From: Octopus sinensis
Lineage: Eukaryota
DNA length: 64,000 bases
Assembly: GCF_006345805.1 (NCBI RefSeq)
Contig: NC_043010.1
Span: forward strand, 1,550,001-1,614,000
Direction: 5' to 3'
The notes under the pieces are model-generated. The model saw only the letters and a list, made by a program, of their open reading frames with translations. It was not told where the DNA came from and made no database searches. Shown piece after piece: positions 14,346 to 28,218 of the stretch. A program made the translations under genes and the position numbers. Positions within the stretch are counted from its first letter, which is position 1; the number at the start of each line of letters is the position of its first letter.

Positions 14346-16525
14346 ATAACAATAACAGATAAAATAATAAATAAATAATTAAATAATTAAGGTTTTACTT
14401 GTTGCCAATGTTTTATTTTATTTCGTTTTTAAATTGCATTTTTGTTGTTGTTTTATTTTATATCTAGGTTTACAGTTTAGCCAAAGATGACTTGGACACG
14501 AGTAGCTTAGTATAAGCCGAGGCACCGAAATCAATAGTGAATAGCGTTTGTAAATTGTAATCTACAGAAAATGGAAAAGAACTGGTTGGCAAGTAAGCGC
14601 CCTCGTCTGGACTGGTTCCAACAAAAATAAAACAAAAGCAGAAAAAGGAGAAGAATTTAGAATAAAAGCGAAAAACAAAACTATAAAACAAACATATACC
14701 GCAACAATAGACCAAAAATGGCTGCCGCAAATATTTCCTGGGGGTTTGTGAACGCTAAAAGGGGGAACTTAACACTATCATCACCATTAATGTTCAGTCC
14801 CTATCTGTGTCCCACCTCTCTCTCTTTTTCTCTCTATCTGCATTATTACTCTCCCCCTCTCTCTCTCTTTTTATCTGCATTTTGCTCTCCCTCTCCCTCC
14901 TCTCCCGACTTTTATCATTGCCTTCTCTTTTTTTCACTCTCTCCATCTCTCTCTATCTATCTATTTATCAGTTTAACTATCTCTCTCTCTCTTTCTCGCT
15001 CACTCTCTTTACACTTCACTAATATCGCTTTCTCTCTTCTGCTCTCCTTTAGTGTTCTATTCTTTCTCTCTTTCTTTCTTCTTCTTTCTTTCTCTTTCTT
15101 TCTTTCTTTCTTTCTTTCATTCATTCTTTCGCTGTTTCTCCTCTATCACTCTCCTTCCCATCTCTATCGGTTTCGCTCTATCTAATCTCTTCCTTTGCTC
15201 TCGTTCCCTTTATATCTTCTATTGCGCTCTCTCTTTTACACACACATACACACTCTCTCTCTCTCTCACTCCTTCTCTCCATATCTCTTCTCCTCTCTCA
15301 CTGTTTTTGATTCTCTCTCTCTCTCTCTCTCACTCACACTATCACTCATATCTCAATGCCATCGGCCTGTGAAGTTGTATTGATCGACTTCATTGAGAAT
15401 TTAAACTCCTTATATTGACTGGCTGGGCTAATTTAACTGGTCAATCGATAATATATCCCCCACCCTCAGCCAACCTCTTTCTCACGCGCATTCTCTTCCC
15501 ACTCTCGCTCCCTTACTTTCTCATTCTATCTCCCTTTTCTTTCTTTCTTTCTTTCATTCTTTTTTTCTTTCTTTCTTTCTTTCTGTTGGTTCTGTTTTCT
15601 TGGTCGATCCTAAGCCCAATTGCTTTACGTGGAGTTCTTGCTCTTCATCCTATGTTTGTCTATCTTGATGATGATGGTGGTGATGATGATGATGATGACA
15701 ATGATGATAATGGCTATGACGATGATGATGATGATGAAGATGATGGCGATGACGATGATGATGATGGTGATGATGATGATAATGATGACCATGATGGTGA
15801 TAAATAATCTTATTGTCTTCGTCCGCAATCTTCTCGGATGTGCCACCCCTTTCCGTTAACCGCCCACCCATCCTCATCCGCCTTCTCTCTTTGATCTTTC
15901 CAAACTTACCTTTCCCTTAAGCTTGCTTTTAACACCCTCTCTTTCACACCCTCCCTCTCTTAGTCTCCCTCACACACACTCTCTCTCTTCCTGACTCTCC
16001 CTCTCTCCCTCTCTCCCTCTCTCTTTCACTGTCTCCCTTTCACATATCCTCCTTCACTCCCTTCTTAAGTTTCTCGCCGTTTACATACACTAACACTTAT
16101 CGTTATGTTCTTCACGTTGTTGTTGTAGATGTTGATAAAGTCGGACATCTCATTCCTTGGAATTACTCGACCCTGCACCCCCCCGCCATCCACTCATCAC
16201 ACACCAGCAGAAACACCGTCACCAGCCACTACCGCCAATACCACCATCAACAGCACCGTCACCACTACCACCACCAGAACCACCCAGTGACCTCGACACC
16301 ACCACCACGAACACCACCATTGAAATCACAATCACTACCATTTTCTGCTGGAGTTTCATATTCAAAAGTTACCATTTCCCACCCCAACCATCTCCTCGCG
16401 GCTTTTTGGTTTCTGCTTTTAACCACCCAATTATCTACCTAACCATTTGCTTTCATTCTCTCTCCCCACAACTCTTTACCTCTCTCTCCCTCTCTCTTTC
16501 TTTCTTTCTCTCTCTCTCTCTCCCC

Positions 16526-16612
<87 letters not shown>

Positions 16613-17719
16613 GTAACATGTTCCCACTTCTATTAGTCTTTCCCCTCTCCCTTTGTCACTTCCTCGTTCTGCTCTAAACCATCCAGCTATCATCTATACC
16701 TCTCTCAGTTTCGGTCTGTCTATTTGTATGTCTACCTCTATCTAAGATATATATATATGCACCATATATATATATATGTAATGCATTCGTATATGTATGT
16801 ATATATATATATGTATATGTCTGTATGTGTGTGCGTATACGCACATACATCTCAAACAATAAATTTATCACCCTACCTTACTATCTGGAAACCTTACTAC
16901 TTTCTCCTTCTCTTTCTCTTTCTCTTTCTCTCTCTCATTATATATACATACACATACATGCATACATACATATAAATATACATATGTATATATGTATATA
17001 TATATATATATATACATATATATATACACATACATATATACACATATATACATATATGCACTCACAAGTACATACTATATGTATACATGTATAAATATAC
17101 ATATATATATATATATTATAGATATATATATATATAACATACATATATAATATATATAATATAGATATATAAGTATGTATACACAAACATACGTGTGTAT
17201 GTACATTTACCAACCTAATACTATTTATCTACCTATACACCTAATTAACTTCGTTACCCCCCCCCTGTATAGCCACGTCTCACCTTTTCTTCCTCGACAT
17301 ATTCAAATGCAGCGTCTATCGAATTCTGTCCATAGTTTTCCTCAGCGAGCTTTATCCTCTTCCTAACCTCTCCCCCCCCCTGCCACCACCACCCACACAC
17401 CCTTCGAACGGTAGGAAACTCTATAACATTGTTTATCTGATCACAACTGATAGATTTGGTGCAATTGGCTGAAGCAGCAATATTGAAAGTGGCTCAGAGC
17501 AAAGGTAGCGCTAGTGGCGGTGGTTGAGGTGGTGGTGGTGATGATGGTGGTGGTGGTGGTGGTGGTACAATGGGTGATGGTTATGGCCATGATGATGATG
17601 ATGATGATGATGTTGACAATGTTAGTGGCCGCGTTGGCGGATGCAGTGGTGGTGAAACTGGTGATAGTGGTGTTGGTGGTGGAGGTGGTGGAGGTGGTCG
17701 TGGTAAAATATAATACTCT

Positions 17720-17720
17720 G

Positions 17721-17758
<38 letters not shown>

Positions 17759-18125
17759 ATCCATCCATCCATCCATCCATCCATCCATCAATCCATCCAT
17801 CCATCTATCTATCTATCTATCTATCTCTATCTATCTATCTATCTATCTATCCTCCGTCCGTCCGTCCGTCCGTCCGTCCGTCCGTCCGTCCGTCCGTCAG
17901 TCCGTCCGTCCGTCGTCCGTCTGTCTGTTGTATGTCTGTCTGTCTGTCGGTCTGTCTATCTATCTGTCTGTCTGTAGTCTGTCTGTCTGTCTGTCTGTTG
18001 TCTGTCTGTCTGTCTGTCTGTCCGTCCGTCCGTCGTCCGTCCGTCCGTCGTCCGTCTATCGATCTGTCGTCTGTCTGTCTGTCTGTCTGTCTGTATGTCT
18101 GTCTGTCTGTCTGTCTGTCTGTTCG

Positions 18126-18164
<39 letters not shown>

Positions 18165-18180
18165 GTCTGTCTGTCTATAT
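17720..18180. repeat. Compound tetranucleotide microsatellite (TCTA/TCCA/TCCG/TCTG)
   Basis: Successive blocks whose units differ by single substitutions. Confidence 0.95.
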
Positions 18181-18612
18181 ATCTATCACACACACAACTA
18201 TACCCCCACACACACACACGACGCATCCACACACTCACACACTCACACTATATGTATGGTTGTATGTGTGTATGTATGTGTGTATGTGTGTATGTATGTG
18301 TGTATGTGTGTGTGTGTGTGTGTGTGCGTGTGTGTGTGTTTGGATTTCGGAGCTGAGGAATTTACCATTCTTTTACACCAATATATTCTGACTAGTATCC
18401 CCATATTAGTCTTCAACTGACTCGTGTATTGACTAACATTCCCAGAATATTTCGAATTCTTTATGTAACGCACTGTAGTACATTGTCCCCATTAATTATT
18501 ACCCTAAATGTGTTGTTGGTGGCTCCTTCTGCTTAAAACAAAGTATATAATATTTAACCAGTTCAGGGATCATTTTGTTAAGATAAGTGGACGTAAGTAC
18601 ACACAAGCACGT

Positions 18613-18648
<36 letters not shown>

Positions 18649-18971
18649 CACACATATATATATAAGGCGCTAAACTGACAGAATGTTTAAGTACGTCAGA
18701 CGAAATGCTTAGCGGACAGGGTTGGTGAGTGTTGTGAATCCGGTCATTTACGAGCTAAGGTTCTAGAATGTATGTATGTATGTGTGCGTGAATGTGTTAT
18801 GTACTCAAAGGATATTTTAACTATTTTACTGAAGCAGATACTAATTCTCGTTGATAAATAAATTGGTCACTTCATTTGGTTTTCCGTCTCTAATCAATTT
18901 ATACATCAACCAATTTTAATGTCAACAAGTGACGCACACTATGAGCTGAGCGAGTAATTGATTTTAGTGCA

Positions 18972-19019
18972 ACAGCTACTGAGGAGGCTAATAGTCACCG
19001 AAACAAATTGATGTCCTGT
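18972..19019 (+). ncRNA. Degenerate type I hammerhead-ribozyme-like motif
   Basis: CTGAGGA (18979-85), stem II region, GAAA (19000-03), stem III ACA/TGT and a GUC triplet (C at 19015). Stem I ACAG/CTGT is offset by 3 nt. Confidence 0.45.
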
Positions 19020-19210
19020 GAAGTTTCATGTGATAAATATCCTATATTTAAGTTCTATACTCCTCGTTTGTTTCAGTAGCACCATCCAAATGCTGAGGAG
19101 TTTCTACACATGCATCGGGTGGATACGTGGTCAAAGGAACTCAAATTGCAGTCCTAGATACAAGTGGGTCTATCTAATATACATAGTCATTCAATATAGA
19201 TAGATAATTC

Positions 19211-19284
<74 letters not shown>

Positions 19285-19295
19285 GTGTTATATAT

Positions 19296-19339
<44 letters not shown>

Positions 19340-21446
19340 ATTGTGTATATGTATATGTTTAGCTACACACACACACATATAATATACCTATATAAACTAC
19401 TATACGTATACTCAACCATCGGTCACATACACCCAGTCAGTAATATGTATTGCATGAGTGGGGGTGTATATGTACTTGTATATATCTAGTGTATATATAA
19501 ATATGCATAAATAGATACATATATAAATGTGCATACATAAATATGCATATATAGGCATATATATATATATTTGCATATATATACATATAATATACATTAT
19601 ATATATATAATATGTATTTGCATTATATTATATATTTATATATATATATATATATATATATACATACATGTATCTATATGTATGAATGAATGTATGTATT
19701 CATGTTGTATGTATGTATGTATGTATGTATGAGTGTGGAATGTAACGAATGCGTGATTATACTTATAATTGGAATGGGGCCTCGTCCTCGTGATGTTCCA
19801 CTGCAATGCCCAGAAGATATGAACGGATGCATGTTTGCTTAAGTATCCCTTTCTCTCCCCTCTTCTCTTCTCGTCCTTTCAGCCTCACTCTCACTCAAAC
19901 TCCTACTCGCTCACTATACTTACCACTCTAATTTACCTGTGTTTCATCCTTGACTGGTGAGTACTACACTCATGAGTTTCATTATTCTCAAGGTAACTTA
20001 TGTACTCCCATGGATGCATCATATGCTTCTAGCTATGAGCGTACGAACAGCCACACGCAAAATACAGATCTATAAACACACACATGCGGATATATAATAT
20101 ATATTATATATAATAAAGATATTATATATATAATACATATATATATATATATATGTATGTATGTATGTATAATTCTCATATTCACAGATACTCACACATG
20201 CATTCTGATGCATGTATGCACACATACGCCCACTCACATTCACATACACAAAACTGCACGCACACACAGCTTTGTACTTACACAATGACACACTCACGCA
20301 CGCACCCATAAGCATAACTTCACGTAGAGACAAATTGATAATCACCTACATACACAACTCCACATATATACGCGCACGATTTTGCACACACCTTAACGCA
20401 AGTGCACGCACACACAAACACACTCATGTAGACACACACACATAAACACACACACAAACACGCAGACACACACACAAATGCACATGCTCACACAAGCACA
20501 CACGCACACAAACACACACACAACTTCACACGAACCCAATCTTACAAACGCACAACCTGTTTCTCTCTCTCTCTCTTTCTCTCTCCTTCTTTCTCCCTAT
20601 TTTCCTTTTTCTTACACGTTTTCATCTCTCCTTTACTCCTCTTTCTTTTTTCTCCGTCTCCCTCTCTCGCACACACACATGCACACACTTTTTCCCCTCT
20701 CTTTCCTTCTGTCTTTATCGCCCCCCTCTCTCTCTCTACACACACACATTCTTTTCCCTCTCTCTTCCAGTCTCTCTCATCTCTCTCTATCTTTCTCTCT
20801 CCCTACGTCCCACTCTCTCTTTCTCTCTCTCTCTCTCACACGTTACGCTGATTAGCCAGCCGAGGTTTAGAAATCCTTCAGTCCAGAGATAAGACACAGC
20901 TATGTATTTCTATAAAGGCTGTTCTGTAATTACAGCCAGCGGCTAGAACCACCACCACCACCATCACCACAAGCACCATCTATTCGAATGTCCTTTTTCC
21001 TTCTATCGAAATTATCAATCTACAAAATTAACTTCCAGTAAACACGACAGTAAATATTTCACTAGTTATCACGGCGTCCCAGGATGCTGATTGTGATGAT
21101 GATGATGATGACGATGATGATGATGATGATGATGATGATGAAGATGATGATGATGATGATGAAGATGATGATGATGATGACAGCGATGACGAATACAGAG
21201 ATAATGACGACGACGACGACGATGTGGTGGTGGTGGTGGTTGTGGTGGTAGTGGTGGTGGTGATGATGATGATGATGATGATGAATTGCACTTCATATTC
21301 GAGGCTCCAATGAAGCTATAGGTTGTTATGCAGACACTCACCTAAGAGACCACTGCATCTTAGAGCAGTCACAGCTGTAAGATAATGGACTTCATAGTAT
21401 AAACATTGCTTTTCCTGTCATCCATCTTTTTATGGTAGTATATATA

Positions 21447-21498
<52 letters not shown>

Positions 21499-21700
21499 TA
21501 TATATATTATATTATATATATATATATCCACACACACAAATATATAATATATTCTATCTATATATCTATCTATCTATCTATCATCTATCTATCTATCTAT
21601 CTATCTATCTATATACTATCTATCTATCTATCCTTCGATCGTTAGCCACTACACGCATTTTGTTCTCTCCTTTGTTTTCTCTCCTTGTTTTTCTGTGTCC

Positions 21701-21736
21701 CTTTCTGTAGAGGAGCGTAGGCTCGAAACGTAAAAC
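21701..21736 (+). ncRNA. Minimal hammerhead-like motif (A6U variant) in a short dispersed repeat spanning about 21660-21830
   Basis: TTT-CTGTAGA-G-GAGC GTAG GCTC-GAAA-CG-TA-AAA: perfect 4-bp stem II, palindromic ACGU stem III, GUA triplet, 3-bp stem I. The downstream body recurs at 57030-57090. Confidence 0.6.
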
Positions 21737-21861
21737 TTTTTCTATTCCTGAGCGTTATACTAATACATCTGTTTGTTTTGTACACCACCTGTCTTCGTCT
21801 TTTGTCTTTTTTTCGTAAACTCTCCCTATATATATATATATAATATATATACACATACATG

Positions 21862-22650
21862 CAGTGGCCCAGGAACGAAATTTATTTGCGGGGTACAAAC
21901 TCAGGTCCAAGGCCGATTTTTTGAATATCTAAATATTTGGCCAAAACGCAGGTATGATAATATTTATTATTATTATATATGGAAAAGTAAAACTTCAAAT
22001 CATTCCAAAAGGTTTTCTGTACTCGCTCGTTTTAGCCATGAAGTTTTCTAAGAGGAGGTCCAAAATGTTTTTATGTGCATGCATTACAGCACAGTGCGTC
22101 ATTGTGGTACGGAGACAGGTCTTCAAACAGCAAAGTGTGCTGAACATTCTCTCGCTTGGTGCAACAGACCCACGTTTGCAGCATGATGGCATTCTCATCA
22201 CGATGGTTTATCCATAGCGTTTTCAGAAAAAATAGTGCATTGGTGGACAAAGTTCAATGCATCAGTGAACAATGCAACCGTAAATGCTGGTTTCCGCAAT
22301 GTACAAAATATGTACCCCGAAACATGTCTTTTAATTTCTTTTGTATGCCTGAAATGTTTCCGCTCATAGTACATGCACCATCAAAGGCAAAAGCAGCATA
22401 ATTTTGATCCCAGAGAAATGCTTAGGCAACAAATATCCAAAATACCCAAGTCACTGTCTCCGAAGTGTCGTCAGAAGAATTATAAAAGCTGATAGAATTT
22501 TCATGGACATCTTGGTTTTCAGAAACATAATGACAATAACTGATTCTTGTTCCAATAAAGCAATCACATATAACATCAATAAATATCCGACTCTTACAAT
22601 GAAGTGTTTTGCAAGTGATTTGGAAGATGATATATTTGGAAGCTGACAGT
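21862..22650 (-). mobile_element. Internally deleted hAT-superfamily transposon remnant
   Basis: Minus-strand translation AFAFDGACTMSGNISGIQKKLK...YFVHCGNQHLRL matches the hAT DG..MSG and CxxH-region pattern. It is joined to ERMFSTLCCLKTCLRTTM...HAHK, the hAT C-terminal dimerisation motif. The terminus CAGTGGC is at 21862. Confidence 0.8.
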
Positions 22651-23860
22651 ATCCAACAGTTTGTGCATTAAAATTCTATCTAATGCGGAAGTTTGGAACG
22701 GGATTTTCCATACGTATGTGACAGCATATCTCACTCTTCAGCATTCAAGATAGTAGAGACGCAGCGCATTCAAATACTCCCTGTAGGCTTTTAACCAAAG
22801 GAGTTCTACTGGTGAACGTTCTTTGTAACCCTTCAATTTCTTCTAAGAAGACCGAATGAGTTAGGAGACCAAAATTGTGAACAGAATCTAACCTGTTCAG
22901 AACTGAAGTTGTCCATAGAATTAGCTTAACTGCTGGTTCCCTTGTCGCGATGTTTATAGAACCAGCTATGGGATGTCTGCATTAGAGGTCAGTTTGGTGT
23001 GATGTAGCTAATGAACGATGCCTCATTGATATGATTACTCCTAAGTCCGCATATCATTAGCGCGCTCTGAATCATTCTAGTGACAAATACTGTGATTGTG
23101 TGCATTAACTCTGTAACGAAGATGTTGAAATACTGATGTATTAATTTCATATTGTTTGAATCGAAACACTGATAAATTGAGGTTTTGGTTCATTTTAGAG
23201 TGTGACAGTAATTCTGGAGTTTGGATAGCCATTGATATTTTTGCATCATCGGTCTAACTCGTTAGTTGGATGAGTACACTTAAGATAAGTTCATGATAAA
23301 TAACAATAGTCCGAGAAACGTTCCCTGAAGATACATTTAGTGCAGGTGACTTCATCACAGAGAGAAAACTATTTGCGGCAACAGATTGGCTCCTACCAGT
23401 AGGAAATCAAAGAGCTTTTCCTGTGAGTTTTCCTGTGATTTAAGATCTATTAACTTATGACAACTGATTCTATGAACAATTTTGTCAAACGCCTTAACAA
23501 AATCAAAGCATATAGCAGTGTCCTTTCCTCTCAAGAGATTATTGGATCTCCAAGGGATCAAACTGGATCATATACGATCGATTCATCACAAATATGAACA
23601 TCTTGAGCTGGCTTCTGCACACGAATTTTCCCACCTATATTTAACAAAAATGAGGCCAAATGAATTCCTTGATCCCCAGGACTCAACTGCAGACACATCT
23701 AAAAATTAATGATACAAGGAAGATGAATCGATTGTATACGATCCAGTTTGATCCATTAAAGAGCCTATCTGGCAGCGTGAGCTGGTTTTTGTTTAGCAAG
23801 GTGGGAAAAGAACTTAGAAATAGATTCTATATTTTACACTGTTCGTTGTTCCCTTAGCAA
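22650..23860 (-). pseudogene. CR1-type LINE reverse-transcriptase remnant running into the gap
   Basis: ICFDFVKAFDKIVHRISCHKL (like LDFAKAFDKV), QGTFLGLLLFI (like PQGTVLGPLLF) and S*TDDAKI (like YADDTKI) occur in order. Confidence 0.85.
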
Positions 23861-23960
23861 NNNNNNNNNNNNNNNNNNNNNNNNNNNNNNNNNNNNNNNN
23901 NNNNNNNNNNNNNNNNNNNNNNNNNNNNNNNNNNNNNNNNNNNNNNNNNNNNNNNNNNNN
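23861..23960. other. Assembly gap (100 N)
   Basis: Run of exactly 100 N, a standard placeholder for a gap of unknown size. Confidence 0.99.
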
Positions 23961-24382
23961 CGTGCTAACGACTCTGCCACTTCACCGCCTTCACGAGATA
24001 ATTATAGTAATAATTTTAATTTCAGTCTTGATAAAATGTGATTAATAATTTAACCTAGTTTCTATTTCAATTCTAAATGAGATCATGTCGCTTCAGAGTG
24101 AGGAGAATGCAATCTTCAGAAAGGCATGAATATTACAGCATCTCAGCTTTTGTTAACTCTATGAACTTTACAAACTTATATGTAAATAAAGAAATGAAAT
24201 ATTTTAGAATATCTTAAAAGTTTACCAGACGTTTGTTTCCCTTTAAATATAAACATTTTAATCGTAAATTTTGAATCAGAAACCATTTAAAGGTCAGCTT
24301 GGTAAGAAAAAACAAAAACATATCACGCACTTATATATACACACACCACACGTGTGTGTGTTAATGTGTGTTGGTTGTGTCT

Positions 24383-24418
<36 letters not shown>

Positions 24419-25088
24419 ACACACACACACGCACATATACTCTTTCTCTCGCTCTCTTCTCTCTCTCGCTCTCGATATATATGCAGTGGTTTGTGCGTGT
24501 GTCTCTTGTTGTATATATATATATATATAGATTATCTATATAAAATATATTATATATATATATATATATATTATACACATATATTATACATGTGTGTGTG
24601 TGTATCTATATATAATATATATATATATATCTATATATACACAAATATATACATACATGCATATAAAATATATATATATATATTTATATATATACATATA
24701 CATACACACACACCCACATCAGACACAAGTACTTATGAATACACGCTCTCCATAAATATTCCTTTCACAAACATTGGTGCATATATATCAGCACGTGTGT
24801 TAAATGTGCGTGCATGTACGCGTACATACGTATGTGTGTATAGTTATACGATCTTGTTGCGCGAATTTGTGTATAAATCTATAGCAATACTGATATTATT
24901 GGCGGCATTGTGGGTTTGTTTAAGAAATGTTGTAGAAGACGGAGCTAACAGATTTATATGTAGAAATTGTGAGGTAAAGGTGCGACGGTGGTGGAGGGAG
25001 AGAAATAGCGTCGACGAGGACACGCAGGATGATGGTGGTGATGATGTTGACGGTGGTGGAAGCGATGAAAGTTCCAGTGTTGTAAATG

Positions 25089-25131
<43 letters not shown>

Positions 25132-26469
25132 CAGTGGTGGTAGTAGTACGATGAATAGTTGTGGTGGTAATGTTGGGGCTGGCAGTAACGACGGTAGTTG
25201 TAGTTAGTGGTAGAAGTGCTGTTATCAGTGATGGTGGTGGCGGTAGCAATGGTCGTGGTGGTGGTTGTGGTGGTGGTGGTGGTGGTGGTGGTCGTCGTCG
25301 TTGTCGTCGTCGTCGTCGTCGTCGCGGTGTTCTCCGTCGGCGTCGTGGGTAGCGTTTGGGGGAAAGCATTGCAGACAACATTGGCATATAGTTACGATGG
25401 AAGGACCATGTTTCATCTTGCTATGATATGCTCTCACATTTACTTTAAACACACACAAAATAAATATATATGAATTATATATCATTTACATACATTGTAC
25501 ATATACATACCACACATATATATATATATATATTATATAGATAGATATAGACATACATACATATACATCATACATACATAATACATACATACAAATATAT
25601 ATATATATATATATAATATATATATATCTATGTTTATATATATAATATATATATATAATATATATATATATAATATCTATATAATATATATCTAACTGTA
25701 TATATAAGTATGTATTTATATACGGACGAACATGGAATTCTGTCGAACGAATGAGAGAAGAGTGCTCTATGCATGTCATTGAGTATGTTTTATTGGAACT
25801 GATGACGTGTGTTCCAATGTATGTATGTATATATATATATATTTATATACACATATACATACATACATGCATACATACATACATACATACACACACACAT
25901 ACATGTATACATATATGTGTCTGCGTGTATGTATGTGTATATATATATATGTGCATGTGTGTATGTGTGTGTATTTTGTCCGCAATTGCATTCTCACTGG
26001 TGATTGTTCCAGACTAGGAAAGTACATTAAAAGGTCCTGCTACATTTTCTGAAACATAACTATTTATTCCTCATGCAGAACGAATCCTTGGAAAATTTTT
26101 ACATACGCGCGCGCACACTTACACAGATATATACATATGTTTGTGTGTCTGTGTCTGTGTGTGTTTATGCGTATGTTTGTATATATACACACTGTATATA
26201 CACACATGTATATGACGGCCTTATTTCAATTTCCGTTTACTAAATCCTCTCACAGGACTGTGTTCTGTTGGTCCAAGGCTATAGTAGGAGAGACTTGCCC
26301 AAGGTACCACGGTGGGAAACTGAACCCTGTACCATGTTGTTGAGAACCAAACTTCTTGAAATATCAATTTTTCAGAAAGTTATGAGGAAACAAATAGAGC
26401 TGTGTGAATTAACCTAAATTCCTCTCAACTCCTCCGGAATAAATTTTTCGCAATAAATTTCAATATGAC

Positions 26470-26743
26470 TCTAGCCAGGCTCATGGGACCGGTTTCTCGG
26501 TTTCTGTGGCGTATGTGTTCCCCTCAGCTGGACGGAACGCCAGCCCATCGCAGCATTACTCAAGAAACAGGAAGAGAGAGTGAGAGAAAGTTGTGGCAAA
26601 AGAGTACAACAGGGGTCGCCACCACCCCCTGTCGGAGCGTCGTGGAGCATTCAGGTGTTTTCGCTCAATAAACACACGCAACGCCCGGTCTGCGAATCGA
26701 AACCGCGATCCTCCGACTGCGAGTCCACTGCCCTAACCACTGG
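26470..26743 (-). mobile_element. SINE family A, tail type 2
   Basis: Reverse complement matches 34308-34617, including the GCGATGGGCTGGCG..CCGTCCAGCTG...CAGAAACCG tail. Confidence 0.9.
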
Positions 26744-27029
26744 AAATTTTCATTAAGAAATACGCATTTTTCAGGAAATTACAAGAAAACTAAGTCGGTA
26801 GGAGGGGTACACATCTGTAGTTATGCCACATGCTTTTTGCTGAGTGTAATATGTATAAGTTATGATTCACAGCAAGAGAACCTCTTTCCTCATATCTTCA
26901 CTGCGTTGTTAATATCCCGAGGGATGTCAAAGGATTTCATATCTGTAGCCATTGGCTGATCAATTAACCAGAATAAGGCATAAGGCTTGGCAATGCTGAT
27001 TTGTCCCTTAACAACAATTAAGAAGATAA

Positions 27030-27246
27030 AAGATTGTCAGAGCTACGTCTCAATGATCGAAAGATTGTCAGAGCTACGTCTCAATGATCGAAAGATTGTC
27101 AGAGCTACGTCTCAATGATCGAAAGATTGTCAGAGCTACGTCTCAATGATCGAAAGATTGTCAGAGCTACGTCTCAATGATCGAAAGATTGTCAGAGCTA
27201 CGTCTCTTGGATCGAAAGATTGTCAGAGCTACGTCTCAATGATCGA
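27030..27246 (+). repeat. 31-bp minisatellite, 7 units (AAGATTGTCAGAGCTACGTCTCAATGATCGA)
   Basis: Units start at 27030, 27061, 27092, 27123, 27154, 27185 and 27216. Only unit 6 differs (TCTCTTGGATCGA). There are no spacers. Confidence 0.97.
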
Positions 27247-27577
27247 AAGAATTGTAAATGCGATTTCGTTAGGCTTCCATGTTTTGATCCGTGTAAAAAC
27301 CAACCAAGATATCGGCTTACCCATTCATATTCTGCGTTAGAAAAAAGAGCCGATATCTGCAAGTATGTGTATGTATGTATGTGTGTGTGTGTATGTGTGT
27401 GTGTGCATGTGTATACATACTCACAAACACAAACATCTATATATGTGTACGCACATATCACAATGCTTAATATATTATATATATGTATATATATATACTA
27501 TATAGTTATATCAAACATAAAACCACAAGAGAAACATATATAAGGACGTGGAACAATTATATTATTGGACGCTCAGG

Positions 27578-27616
<39 letters not shown>

Positions 27617-27758
27617 TATATTATAAATATATATAATGTATTATTATATATTATATATATATATGTGTGTGTGTTTATGTGTGTATGTATATATATTATT
27701 ATATATTATATATGTGTGTGTGTGTTATGTATATGTACATATGTGTAGTATGTATATG

Positions 27759-27813
<55 letters not shown>

Positions 27814-28187
27814 ATGTGTGTAAGTGTTTAAGTTTATATGTATGTATCCGTCTGTATAATGGTACAGTACGTTATATACTAATATTTATTATTTATTTTT
27901 TGAGTATGCATGTTGTATATGAATAACTGCACGTATATATATTTTATTATTTATTTTTGAGTATGCATGTAAGTATATGAACATAAGGAGGCGCGTGTGT
28001 TGGTGTATGTGTAAGCATATGTATAGATATATGTATACTTTTTACGCATGTGTGTACTTATGTGTATATATGGATGCGCCGTGTGTGTGGTGTATGGGTA
28101 CGCATGTATATGTGTATGTGTGTGTATGTGTATATGTGTATGTATGTGTGTGTGTATATATGTATATGTATATGTATGTACATTATG

Positions 28188-28218
<31 letters not shown>

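Noticed and set aside
23861-23960. Biological adjacency of the CR1 remnant and the SINE fragment across the Ns
   Set aside because: This is a fixed-length assembly gap, so the true distance and orientation are unknown.
27030-27246. CRISPR-like array of 31-bp repeats
   Set aside because: Units are directly adjacent with no spacers, there are no cas genes, and the context is eukaryotic.
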